Assembly: GCA_041725915.1 (NCBI GenBank)
Contig: JBGRPZ010000001.1
Span: forward strand, 2,198 to 66,197
Length of the DNA stretch: 64,000 nt
Direction: 5' to 3'
DNA from: Hyphomicrobiales bacterium
GTDB lineage: Bacteria > Bacteroidota > Bacteroidia > Bacteroidales > JBGRPZ01
Under the pieces are notes generated by a model that worked only from the letters and a program-made list of their open reading frames with translations, ran no database searches and was not told where the DNA came from. This document shows positions 30,301-38,296 of the stretch, in pieces. How positions within the stretch are numbered: position 1 is the stretch's first letter; each line of letters starts with the position of its first letter. Both the position numbers and the translations under genes were made by a program.

Positions 30301-31643
30301 TAATAATCTGCTGCAATTACAGGATCTTGCATTGATTCATTACCAGTACCTGTAATGTTATGATAAACAAATCGTCTCATACCATAACGCTCATTATCAA
30401 TGATGTCATCTCCAAAGTTTACTCCATTGATAGCCTCAGAACAAATTAGTGTTCCATCGTCTTCATATTTTGGATTATCTGCTCCATCAGGATCTAAATA
30501 AGGTCCTTGAAAGAAATCAACACCAATAGCAGGAGGAAGAAAACCATAAGCGGCTGGTTCACCACTACCATCTTCCTGATCTCCATTATAGCAATAACCA
30601 AGACCTCTCATTACATCACAACCTACATAATCATCATGAGAATGTCCTAAATCTGTATCTACCCATGGAGAGAAGAATGTATTTGTCAATTCATATGTAG
30701 ATCTATTAATGATCTCATAAGAATAAAAAGTCATATTATTTATTTCATCCGAAGTATTAAAAGCAAAAGCCTGAGCTCTAATTTCAAGTCCTATAGGCTG
30801 ACTGTTTGTTTCAGTATGAGCATTTCCTTTATCATTGAATACCCACCATAATGTTTGATCACCTTTAATTACTTGATCAGAAAGCTTACCACCTTCTATA
30901 AGACCTATTTCTCCTTCATCATAATTATCTGGATCAGATTCCATTGTAGGGATATCCCTTTTACAAAGTTCTGCATTAAAATCATAATAAGGATAATCTC
31001 CGTCTTTGGGATTATACTCATTATCATCATTTACATCTTTAAATGGAGCTAAAAACTTTGCTTGCTTTTTATCTATATCTCCATGTGCTGGCCACTCTTC
31101 TATTTCTTGAGGAATAGAATAACCATCAACAGGAGTATATACACCATCTTTAAAATTACCAAGGAATTCTTCTACCATTGGCCTTGTCATTTTAAAGAAG
31201 CGATCATATTCAAGACAAGTTTCTTCTTCAATAGATGCTGTGTTATCAACAGTCAATGGACCTGTATAGAAATCAGTTCCTTCACTTCTAAATCTATGAG
31301 CAGCTAACTTTATTTGGTTATTAATATCTAACCCTCCAATCCATAATGATCCTGCATACATAGAAGTAGCTGTACCATTCTTAGGTATAAAATATTGAGC
31401 TCCCAAGGCGCTATTTCCTCCAGGGACCAACCACATATCACCACCAGTATTGATACGTGCCTTTACATTATTAATATCTAACCATTCAAATGCAGAAGCA
31501 CTTTTACAGCCAGCTGTAGTAGCCTTTATATTTTTTGTTTTACTCCTCCTTGATTTCTTTGAATCTCTTGCAATAGTGGCATTTAGTCCACTTAAGAGAA
31601 ACAATGCCGCAAGAAGGGTAATATATATATTATTTTTCATCAT
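27321..31643 (-). CDS. Very large secreted protein of unknown function with a T9SS-CTD-like C-terminus
   Basis: 1440 aa with a signal peptide and then a basic stretch. Conserved-looking blocks: WLDINNVKARINTGGDMW, EEWPAHGD, GDQTLWWVFND, PGDRRFMQSAGPFTLKPGA. I recognised no catalytic motif. The last ~100 aa read VVPNPY...VKITNLP...GGIYLIHVKSNQGERVIKWFG. Confidence 0.6.
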   Translation of the reverse strand: MMKNNIYITLLAALFLLSGLNATIARDSKKSRRSKTKNIKATTAGCKSASAFEWLDINNVKARINTGGDMWLVPGGNSALGAQYFIPKNGTATSMYAGSLWIGGLDINNQIKLAAHRFRSEGTDFYTGPLTVDNTASIEEETCLEYDRFFKMTRPMVEEFLGNFKDGVYTPVDGYSIPQEIEEWPAHGDIDKKQAKFLAPFKDVNDDNEYNPKDGDYPYYDFNAELCKRDIPTMESDPDNYDEGEIGLIEGGKLSDQVIKGDQTLWWVFNDKGNAHTETNSQPIGLEIRAQAFAFNTSDEINNMTFYSYEIINRSTYELTNTFFSPWVDTDLGHSHDDYVGCDVMRGLGYCYNGDQEDGSGEPAAYGFLPPAIGVDFFQGPYLDPDGADNPKYEDDGTLICSEAINGVNFGDDIIDNERYGMRRFVYHNITGTGNESMQDPVIAADYYNYLRGIWKDNSRMSYGGNGHRSDEKSTGPDCDFMFPGDTDPCDWGTKGSPPSGEYGNGLLWTEKTIGNEPGDRRFMQSAGPFTLKPGAVNYITVGIPWARATSGDNWSSVELLRKVDDKCQALFEDCFRVPEGPDAPSLSFSEYDNKLICYISNEKNSNNYKESYDYRPKTLILPEDINTIDFYKDTTYTFEGYIIYQLLNDKVGPDELDNPDKARIVAQFDKKNRFTTLTNMESDDVSGMEVPVTKVKGENRGIQHSFVIDEDLFGTTNDVLVNHKTYYYMAIAYAVNQYLPYKNTDPNSAYVNGQKLPYIDSRKNIKLYTAIPHKTVNGAKLNSEYGSGFEVKRLQGRGNGGLELELTDESVEKLLAKAPAGSIDEYGNESYPVLYNPVYKQGKGPLNIKVIDPLKLKNGKYILRMNNPRKAVKRDVSELQGATNDTILFDTYDWTLEINGKKYSSDVPISESNEQIFASAGISVSLSQTFNPGVHKAGYFIQTTASGPVRNTIYEELSDNNGLIESYVKYADSTKKWLSGVNDVDFVGNDLNWIRAGNYHSPAINLADTKIGRTFFADKSGVFGKIADGIVAPVGVLASNSQNKPLGLIKNYVSKSSIEILNKIPSVDIVLTNDKSKWTRSVVLEMCQDPLLSQDGGDKYYPRKSPSVDKDGNFADIDAPANNDPNSPNYISSTGMGWFPGYAIDLETGARLNIIFGEDSFLSDQNGDDMIFNPTERDLRKPSPLDPNIIEQGSGAVLAGGKHAFYVMGIDTSYNDGERFEFGAYDACKNMMSKLRWLESIPSPNTRKKFEYNVWKPAVYAGYLMGVRNQEWLNNDVKIAIRVTKPYEKYMMAGYPNTLSGLPEKHKINDNNPAYEIITKNVAPEFNSSAKHQSDLDLINVVPNPYYAYSSYERNALDNRVKITNLPDECEVTIYNVNGTKIRQYRKDTDNVSSIDWDLKNFAGVPIAGGIYLIHVKSNQGERVIKWFGTLRQIDLNKF

Positions 31644-31680
31644 ATTATCTTCGCTTATTTTCTTTAATACTCAACTAATC

Positions 31681-34600
31681 TTAGAAATTGTAAATAAATC
31701 CTAATCTTATAGTCCTAGGACTAGCATAGTTACCCGGATTATTCATATGTATAGAATACAGTTCTCTAAATGATTGCGGATCAGTCTGAGACTGAATAGC
31801 TTGCTGATATTCAGGAGCAGCTAAATATCCATCATCATCAGGATTACCTGTAGCAGAATATACACTTACTATATTCTTTGAGTTTAACAGGTTACTTACT
31901 GTTAAGTAAGCATTCAAGAAAGATCTAGACTTGCCATCTTTTCCAGAGAAATAGAAATCTTTATCAAATCTAACATTTAACCAGAATGACCATGGTAATC
32001 TAGAGCCTCTATACGATCCCTTAAGCAAGTTTCTATTTGGAACTCTTGATGCAGTGTAAGGAAGGCCTGAGCCACCTGTAAATGTGAAATTAAATCCGGC
32101 ATTTTCAAGTAATCTAATTGGAGATTTACCATTCTTTCTCTTGATACGTGGACCATTGTAATTTTCACCTTGACCATAACGATAATCTAGAGATAGTTTG
32201 AATATATGACGTTGATCCTGTGTTCTAGGAAACACGTTACGTAAATAAGGTAAACCTGCTGATATCAGAGCGTTAACATCTCCAACATTCGACTTAGTTG
32301 CTTCAGCAAACTGAAGAGTATAAGAAGCTTTTAAGCGTAAGTTATTTGATCTTCTTTGATCATATGTAAATGTAATACCCTTTACTGTTGCATTATCAAG
32401 GTTCAACAATGTTGAATATGTCTGAGGGAATGCTCCAACAAGAGTTGTTCCTTGTATCTCATCACGTATTTCTTTATAATACGTTTCAATCTTTAGACCT
32501 GCTCTTTTTGATAATGCTTGTTCAAAACCTAATGCATAATCAATTGTTTGTTCAGGACGAAGATCCGGATTTGAGATTGAACTAGTTTTTGAAGCAAATA
32601 AATAGCTTAATGGGCTAAATATATTATTTGACCCAGGTCTCTGTGTATAGATATCATAGTGAGCAAAGAAAGATGCTTCATCAGAAATAGGGAAAGAGAA
32701 TGAAATACGAGGCATCATAATAATAGATGGATCATAATCTTTAAAACCCTTCTCTGAAAGTGTCAGGTTTTCATTCTTCTCTACAGTATATGGTTGAATA
32801 CCCGAACCAAAATCTAAATCATTAGGATCAGTGATTTCTATACCTTCTGCATTATACCAATTTCTTTCTACACGATAACCTGTAACTTTACTTACATTAT
32901 TTCTGTTATCAATGTAAACAGCAGCACCATCAGGAATATTTCCAGGAATATCTGTAGTTGATAAGCCTAAGTTCTTATTTGATTTGATATCTTCAACAGT
33001 ATAATATGGATATACAATATATGGATCTTTCAATATTTTTTGATTAGCATCAAAATAATCTACTCTGACACCAACATTAAAAATAAGATCTGCAAAACTG
33101 AATTTATCCTGGATATAACCAGCCATATATACAGGTTTAAAAGCATCAATAGGTCTTAATAAATCCCCTCTTCCATCTTTTTTAAGAAGGAAATCATTTA
33201 AAGTAGAACTTTCTTCCTGAATATCTCCATAGTAGGTATAACCACGATAAAAGATTGCTCCATTATTATCATTGATCAACTCATCAGCACTAAACATATC
33301 AAGGCTTAATTCCTTCTTTAGATTTGCTGTTTGAAGTTTACCATTTTTGTCATAATAGTTTATTGTACCATTATTCTTATCATAAGAGTCAATCATTAGA
33401 TAATCAAGACCATCAATATCTAGTCCCAAAGATTGTCTTAAGCTTTTGTCAAAGGTTCTTTGTACTGAAGAATTATATTTTCTTGAATAGAATATTGTAT
33501 CTCCTGTTTGTGAGAATTGAGGATTTGCTATATCAAGCTCACTTATATGGAAGTTAGATGCATCTCTCATTAAATTCCATAACTTATTTCCTCCAACAGA
33601 GAAGCTTCTATTTATATTCTGTCTATATTCAAATCCTAATTTGATCTCATGATTACCTATAGAAGCTGATCCATTAATTCTTCCAGAATATTGTTGATTT
33701 AAATATTCAGAATACCCATCTTGAGAATTAGATCCAGGTATATAATACATACCATATATACTTGAAGAAGGAACATAACCATTGATAGGACAGTTATTAC
33801 TTGTTAAAGCATCAAAGTTTCTAAAATACTCAGGATCTTTATTATATTCGTAATAATTATCTATCATATTTGAGATTAATGGATTATCTCCCATTCTTGT
33901 ATACTCTACTAATGTATCGTTATCCCAAGAATTTAATACATATTTATCCAAATATAATTTACCATCAATTTCTATATCTTGCTTTTGATAAGAAGCTGCT
34001 TTATGTGTAAGGTATTTACCATTATAACCATAGCTAAAGAAATCATCTTTATGATATGGATCATAGCTTTTACCTTGAAGTCTGTCATAACCAAAATGAA
34101 CTGTATAATACACATTCTTTAAAATAGATGTACTATCATTTCTATTTGGGAATTTATGGGTAAGCTTTACAGATCCTCTAAAGTAAGTTCTCTCAGAAAT
34201 TGAGTTTTTATCCCAATTCATTAATGAATTAGAATAATTAAAATTATTTGACTTACTTCTATTATATTGGGCACTGAATCCCATATTAATATTCTTATTA
34301 ATCTTCAAACCTACATTTGAAATAACATTAGCATTCCAACGTGAAGTGTTTAAACTTTGATCTGTTGTAGTAAGATCTGATTTTCTAAGAAATTGTGCAT
34401 TCAGTTTTGTTGCCTCAGTATTTTCGTAAGAAACTATACGTATAGGATTATTTTCCAAATCCTTTAGCTTATCTTCACTTACTCTGTATAGTTTGTCATA
34501 GAAAGGAGAACCATCTTCTCTATAAGAGAATTCACCATGAACAGAGAATCCTAAGATTGAAGTACGATTCTTATTTTCTTTACCTTTAATAAGTGGTCCA

Positions 34601-35364
34601 GACAAACCAAATTCACCTCTATAATATCCAAATCTATCAAGGAATTTTGAAGTTTCAAATCCTAAGTTTCCTGCAAATTTTCTTGAAGGACCTTTTGATG
34701 TTCCACTGATAATACCACCAGTAGCATCTCCATACATAGCAGAAATACCTGATAATAATACATCAACCTGCTCTAAAGCTGATAATGGTAAGTTGATGTT
34801 TCCAATTACAGGAATACCATCAATATATATTACAGTAGAAGAAGACTTCGCTCCACGAACACTACCGCGTTTACCATTATTACTTACAACACCTCCAGCA
34901 GTTGCTACAATACCTGACACTGTACGGTTAGGCATCTTTGCAATCTCTTCAGCTGTAACAGTCTCTTTAGAAACAGTCGCATCCTTGTTGATAATAGGAA
35001 CTTTATAATCAACAATAACAACCTCATCAAGAGTCACACTACCAGAGATCATATCCAGATTCTGAAAAGTGATCTGATCTGTTGCAATTAGAACACCTGC
35101 CATTTTTATGGCGTTATAACCAACAAATGAAGCCTCTAAGGTATACTTACCCGGATCTAAAGGCTTAATAACATAGTTTCCATCAAAATCAGAAGTAACA
35201 CCAGTTATCAGGGCTCCCCCCTTCTTAACGACAATATTGACAAAAGGTAATGTCTCCCCCGTCTTTTTGTCTTTTACCTTCCCCTGCAATGATCCTTGCT
35301 GTGCAAAAACCATGGCATTAGCGGTTAGCAGTAATGCTAAAGTAAATAGTAGATTTCTTAACAT
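31681..35364 (-). CDS. TonB-dependent receptor with N-terminal CarboxypepD_reg-like domain
   Basis: 1227 aa with a signal peptide. Carboxypeptidase-regulatory-like fold (GKVKDKKTGETLPFVNIVV...DFDGNYVI...PGKYTLEASFVGY). Plug region (VTAEEIAKMP...VRGAKSS...IYIDGIPV...ISAMYGDATGGII). A long barrel ends in ...RLGFIYNF. Confidence 0.85.
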   Translation of the reverse strand: MLRNLLFTLALLLTANAMVFAQQGSLQGKVKDKKTGETLPFVNIVVKKGGALITGVTSDFDGNYVIKPLDPGKYTLEASFVGYNAIKMAGVLIATDQITFQNLDMISGSVTLDEVVIVDYKVPIINKDATVSKETVTAEEIAKMPNRTVSGIVATAGGVVSNNGKRGSVRGAKSSSTVIYIDGIPVIGNINLPLSALEQVDVLLSGISAMYGDATGGIISGTSKGPSRKFAGNLGFETSKFLDRFGYYRGEFGLSGPLIKGKENKNRTSILGFSVHGEFSYREDGSPFYDKLYRVSEDKLKDLENNPIRIVSYENTEATKLNAQFLRKSDLTTTDQSLNTSRWNANVISNVGLKINKNINMGFSAQYNRSKSNNFNYSNSLMNWDKNSISERTYFRGSVKLTHKFPNRNDSTSILKNVYYTVHFGYDRLQGKSYDPYHKDDFFSYGYNGKYLTHKAASYQKQDIEIDGKLYLDKYVLNSWDNDTLVEYTRMGDNPLISNMIDNYYEYNKDPEYFRNFDALTSNNCPINGYVPSSSIYGMYYIPGSNSQDGYSEYLNQQYSGRINGSASIGNHEIKLGFEYRQNINRSFSVGGNKLWNLMRDASNFHISELDIANPQFSQTGDTIFYSRKYNSSVQRTFDKSLRQSLGLDIDGLDYLMIDSYDKNNGTINYYDKNGKLQTANLKKELSLDMFSADELINDNNGAIFYRGYTYYGDIQEESSTLNDFLLKKDGRGDLLRPIDAFKPVYMAGYIQDKFSFADLIFNVGVRVDYFDANQKILKDPYIVYPYYTVEDIKSNKNLGLSTTDIPGNIPDGAAVYIDNRNNVSKVTGYRVERNWYNAEGIEITDPNDLDFGSGIQPYTVEKNENLTLSEKGFKDYDPSIIMMPRISFSFPISDEASFFAHYDIYTQRPGSNNIFSPLSYLFASKTSSISNPDLRPEQTIDYALGFEQALSKRAGLKIETYYKEIRDEIQGTTLVGAFPQTYSTLLNLDNATVKGITFTYDQRRSNNLRLKASYTLQFAEATKSNVGDVNALISAGLPYLRNVFPRTQDQRHIFKLSLDYRYGQGENYNGPRIKRKNGKSPIRLLENAGFNFTFTGGSGLPYTASRVPNRNLLKGSYRGSRLPWSFWLNVRFDKDFYFSGKDGKSRSFLNAYLTVSNLLNSKNIVSVYSATGNPDDDGYLAAPEYQQAIQSQTDPQSFRELYSIHMNNPGNYASPRTIRLGFIYNF

Positions 35365-35410
35365 ACCATATAATTTTGTGTTAGATTATACATTGTGCGT
35401 TTAAAGCCGG

Positions 35411-35443
35411 TAAAGATATTAAAAAAAAAATGTATTCTCCAAA
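35411..35443 (-). promoter_or_regulatory. Candidate Bacteroidota promoter (TTTG-N21-TATCTTTA) for the outer-membrane operon
   Basis: On the minus strand, TTTG is at 35443-35440 and TATCTTTA at 35418-35411. The -7 box deviates at its last base. Confidence 0.3.
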
Positions 35444-35507
35444 CTCAGTTGGATATAAGGTATATCAACTAACTGTTTGAATATCATCTTAAGTTTATCA
35501 GGCAATT

Positions 35508-36023
35508 TTATTTGTAAGGACGATTTAAAATTTCTGATAATATAAAAGCTGATTGAGGATCAGAGATTAGAATCTCTTTCAACTTTTCCACCGGTATATG
35601 TTGCACGTGATTATCTTCAGAATCAGATGGAATGTCAGAAGCTATAGGACGCTCAGAATTATCTTGAGATAAGGAAGTTAGCTTGTTTTTTTTATCAATT
35701 CTGGCATTAGTATTATAAGGAGAGTTGTATTGAGTAGCTTCATGCTTTTTCATGTCAGCATTTTCTGCTGTATACATTGTTTCTTCCTCAGAATAAAGAC
35801 CTCTATTCTGTTGTTGAGACATTTGCGTATATTCTTTTTCTTGTTTTTCTATAAGCTCTTTAATGTCTTCAAAGTCGATAAATGTTTCATTCGTACTTTC
35901 TTCTTTATTATTAGAAAAAGTATTAGCAGAAGATCTTTGTTTCTTATTGTTTGATCTAAGTACAGAAACAATAATTCCTATTACTATCCAAATTACTACA
36001 AATATTAACTTTTCCATAATCAA
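35508..36023 (-). CDS. Hypothetical membrane-anchored protein (single N-terminal TM, polar low-complexity tail)
   Basis: 171 aa. LIFVVIWIVIGIIVSVL TM followed by an S/N/E/Q-rich sequence with no motif I recognise. Confidence 0.45.
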   Translation of the reverse strand: MIMEKLIFVVIWIVIGIIVSVLRSNNKKQRSSANTFSNNKEESTNETFIDFEDIKELIEKQEKEYTQMSQQQNRGLYSEEETMYTAENADMKKHEATQYNSPYNTNARIDKKNKLTSLSQDNSERPIASDIPSDSEDNHVQHIPVEKLKEILISDPQSAFILSEILNRPYK

Positions 36024-36423
36024 TGGGTCTTTAAACTTTGAAAGGTTGTAAAAGTAATGAACTATTTTAAATATAAAAAGAATATTCTATTACAGATTCG
36101 TGATTATGCCATATTTATATAATATTATTTGAAATTTATTTAAAAAACATGACGCACATTAAAGAATTAGCTGAGTCTCTAATTTTTCTTTCACTCTTAT
36201 ATAAGAATTTCTGCCACTTCAGTATTAGATATAAATGATTTAAAATTATTTATATCTACATACAGCATAAGCCAACATAAATACATCTATTACAAACGTT
36301 TATATTTATCACATTTAACACAAAGTATTCTTTATATATAGAAGCTGGTCTAAATACTGTATTAGCTAAAATCAATAAAATATGAACAGTGGTAAAAAAA
36401 TATTAAAGAAATAAACACTACTA

Positions 36424-36454
36424 TTTGAATAGTATTAAAATTTATTTATTTTTG
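36424..36454 (+). promoter_or_regulatory. Consensus Bacteroidota promoter TTTG-N19-TATTTTTG
   Basis: -33 TTTG at 36424-36427; -7 TAnnTTTG at 36447-36454. No ORF follows. Confidence 0.55.
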
Positions 36455-36459
36455 TATTG

Positions 36460-36530
36460 CCTGCAAGGCAGGCATTTGGTTTTGGTTGATTTGCTGGTTG
36501 TTTGGATCCCCAAACAGCCAGTTTTTGTTT
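36460..36530 (+). ncRNA. Candidate small RNA (~70 nt): 5' hairpin plus intrinsic terminator
   Basis: Hairpin TGCCTGC-AAG-GCAGGCA (36458-36474). A 12-bp terminator stem CTGGTTGTTTGG-ATCC-CCAAACAGCCAG (36494-36521, one G:U pair) is followed by TTTTTGTTT. It is preceded by the promoter at 36424-36454. Confidence 0.45.
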
Positions 36531-36750
36531 ATATAAAACTCATTTATCTAAATGAATAGTCTAATTCCAACTTATAACACAAAAGCTAAAATATTGATAA
36601 TCTGTAATCAATACTAAAAATATAAATCTCCAAAAGATTCTAAAACACATTAATGTTCTTTCCTGAACAAGCTATTCTTATTATCATAATATATTTGTTT
36701 CTGAGAAAAAACAACAGCCTCCAAGTCTCTTTATTAAGAAGTTTACTTTC

Positions 36751-36932
36751 TTAGTAGCAAGAATTTTATTTTTTTAGTAGCTAAAATCAAAATTTATAGG
36801 TAGCAAAAAAAAAGATTTTAGGTAGCAACGAAAATAATTGTTAGTAGCAAGAATTTTATTTATCAGTACATAAAAAAATATTTATTAGTGCATAAAATCA
36901 AAAATCACAAATAGCAAGAAGAATTTCTATTC
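36751..36932. repeat. Eight phased 22-23-bp degenerate direct repeats, core (T)AGTAGCAA
   Basis: Core GTAGCAA or variants at 36754, 36777, 36800, 36822, 36844, 36866, 36888 and 36911. Units 1 and 5 share an identical 20-mer, TTAGTAGCAAGAATTTTATT. Confidence 0.85.
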
Positions 36933-36964
36933 TATAGTTATCAATCATCAAAATCTAAAAGCAT

Positions 36965-36992
36965 AAAAAAACCAGCTCAAAACTGAGCTGGT
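36965..36992 (-). terminator. Rho-independent terminator after the HU-like gene
   Basis: ACCAGCTCA-AAAC-TGAGCTGGT hairpin with a T-run on the minus strand. Confidence 0.75.
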
Positions 36993-37019
36993 TCATCATG
37001 ATTACTTTTTATGTATAAA

Positions 37020-37739
37020 TTATTCTATGATAATCTTATTCTTAAGTTCTACTTTTTTATCTTCACTTGATCTACTATTAACAAAATGAATAAAATATTC
37101 TCCAGCTTCTATATCGACAGGAACACGAAAAGAAACTATTTGCCCATTGCTCGATGCAGTAATAGATAAAGCTGTTGAATTACCTTCTTTATTTATTAAA
37201 TACACACCAGAATCAGGAACTGCTTCATCACAAAATAAGTTCTTACCAATGATTTTACCTGCATTGCCTCTACCTATTACATTATTCATACGTGGATAGA
37301 TCTGATATATCTCTTCAATTATAGGAGTTGCGTTATGCTTTTCTTGTATATATTGTACATTCATTGAATCAAACAACTTTCTTCTAATATCAATTGGAAG
37401 TCTTAGATTCTCAATCACAGCATGAGAAGAATTATTCTTAGGATTAAACTCTTCTTCTTTAGAAGTTGAAGACCCTTTCATACGTACAGAACCATTCAGC
37501 CAGCGTGAAGAAAAAGAATTTCCATTAGACAAAAGTTTACCAATTGTACGCATAAAACTATCTACAGATGCAATAAATATCTCAGGAGGTATACCCTTTC
37601 CCTCAGTACACATACTTATAAGTTCTTTTTCTTCGTATCTATTTCCAATATGAATACGAGGATAAAACATATCATTACCTTGTTCGTCTTTTACTAATAG
37701 GTTTTTTCTGTTGGAATAACGGATTTTATTTTCACTCAT
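37020..37739 (-). CDS. HU-HIG-like DNA-binding domain protein with C-terminal DUF4469-like Ig-fold domain
   Basis: 239 aa. The N-terminus (IRYSNRKNLLV...FYPRIHIGNRYEEKEL...FMRTIGKLLSNGNSF) resembles Bacteroidota HU-related proteins. The C-terminus (IIGKNLFCDEAVPDSGVYLINKEG...VSFRVPVDIEAGEYFIHF) fits the DUF4469 pattern. Assignment is by eye only. Confidence 0.6.
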   Translation of the reverse strand: MSENKIRYSNRKNLLVKDEQGNDMFYPRIHIGNRYEEKELISMCTEGKGIPPEIFIASVDSFMRTIGKLLSNGNSFSSRWLNGSVRMKGSSTSKEEEFNPKNNSSHAVIENLRLPIDIRRKLFDSMNVQYIQEKHNATPIIEEIYQIYPRMNNVIGRGNAGKIIGKNLFCDEAVPDSGVYLINKEGNSTALSITASSNGQIVSFRVPVDIEAGEYFIHFVNSRSSEDKKVELKNKIIIE

Positions 37740-38296
37740 TTTTATAAGTTTTTTAGAGCTAAAAAATACTTGTGCAATTTCTTATAACCAGAATGGATTT
37801 ATCTGGCAAAAAACAAGAAAATTTTCAGCATTGGTTAATAATAAATTACTATAATGATTAAGCTCTAAAAAAGGCCGGCACTTAATTAGTTGCTTGGTAT
37901 GAAATCAAAATTACATCAGCTTATTGGTTTTGTCAATAAAAAAAATGTTAAAAAATGTTAAAATGAGTCATGCCAGTGAACTGAAAATATTAATACACGT
38001 GTTTTGAAACAAAAAATTTAAGAAATCTCGTAATTTCCCATTTTTTCCAATAAGCCTACAAGTTTATATCAATTTTTGATAACTGAGATTATTAAAATAA
38101 TTCATCTAAAAACTATCACTTCGACTTAAAAGCTTGTTAATTTTATTACAGGAATTTATGCTCTCATGTTTAGTATGATCAAAATCATGGTTACATAATA
38201 ATATTATTATGTCGCGTTATTCATCAGGACATTATTTTATCCCCTTCTCTGATTAGTGAAGCTTTTTTATGTTCATTCCTTAATCTATAAAGTATA

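Noticed and set aside
31681-35364. SusC/SusD-type polysaccharide utilisation locus
   Set aside because: The receptor is followed by a 1440-aa non-SusD protein and a PorV-like barrel. There is no SusD-like lipoprotein, glycoside hydrolase or hybrid two-component regulator adjacent.
36024-37019. Chromosomal or plasmid replication origin (AT-rich spacer plus iteron-like repeats)
   Set aside because: I see no DnaA-box-like TTATCCACA/TGTGGATAA sequences and no dnaA, dnaN or rep gene nearby. The idea survives only as one low-probability reading of the repeat array.
37941-37965. Tandem AAAAATGTTA x2.5 repeat upstream of the HU-like gene
   Set aside because: It is very short and low-complexity in an AT-rich spacer. 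It fits slippage noise and has no supporting context.
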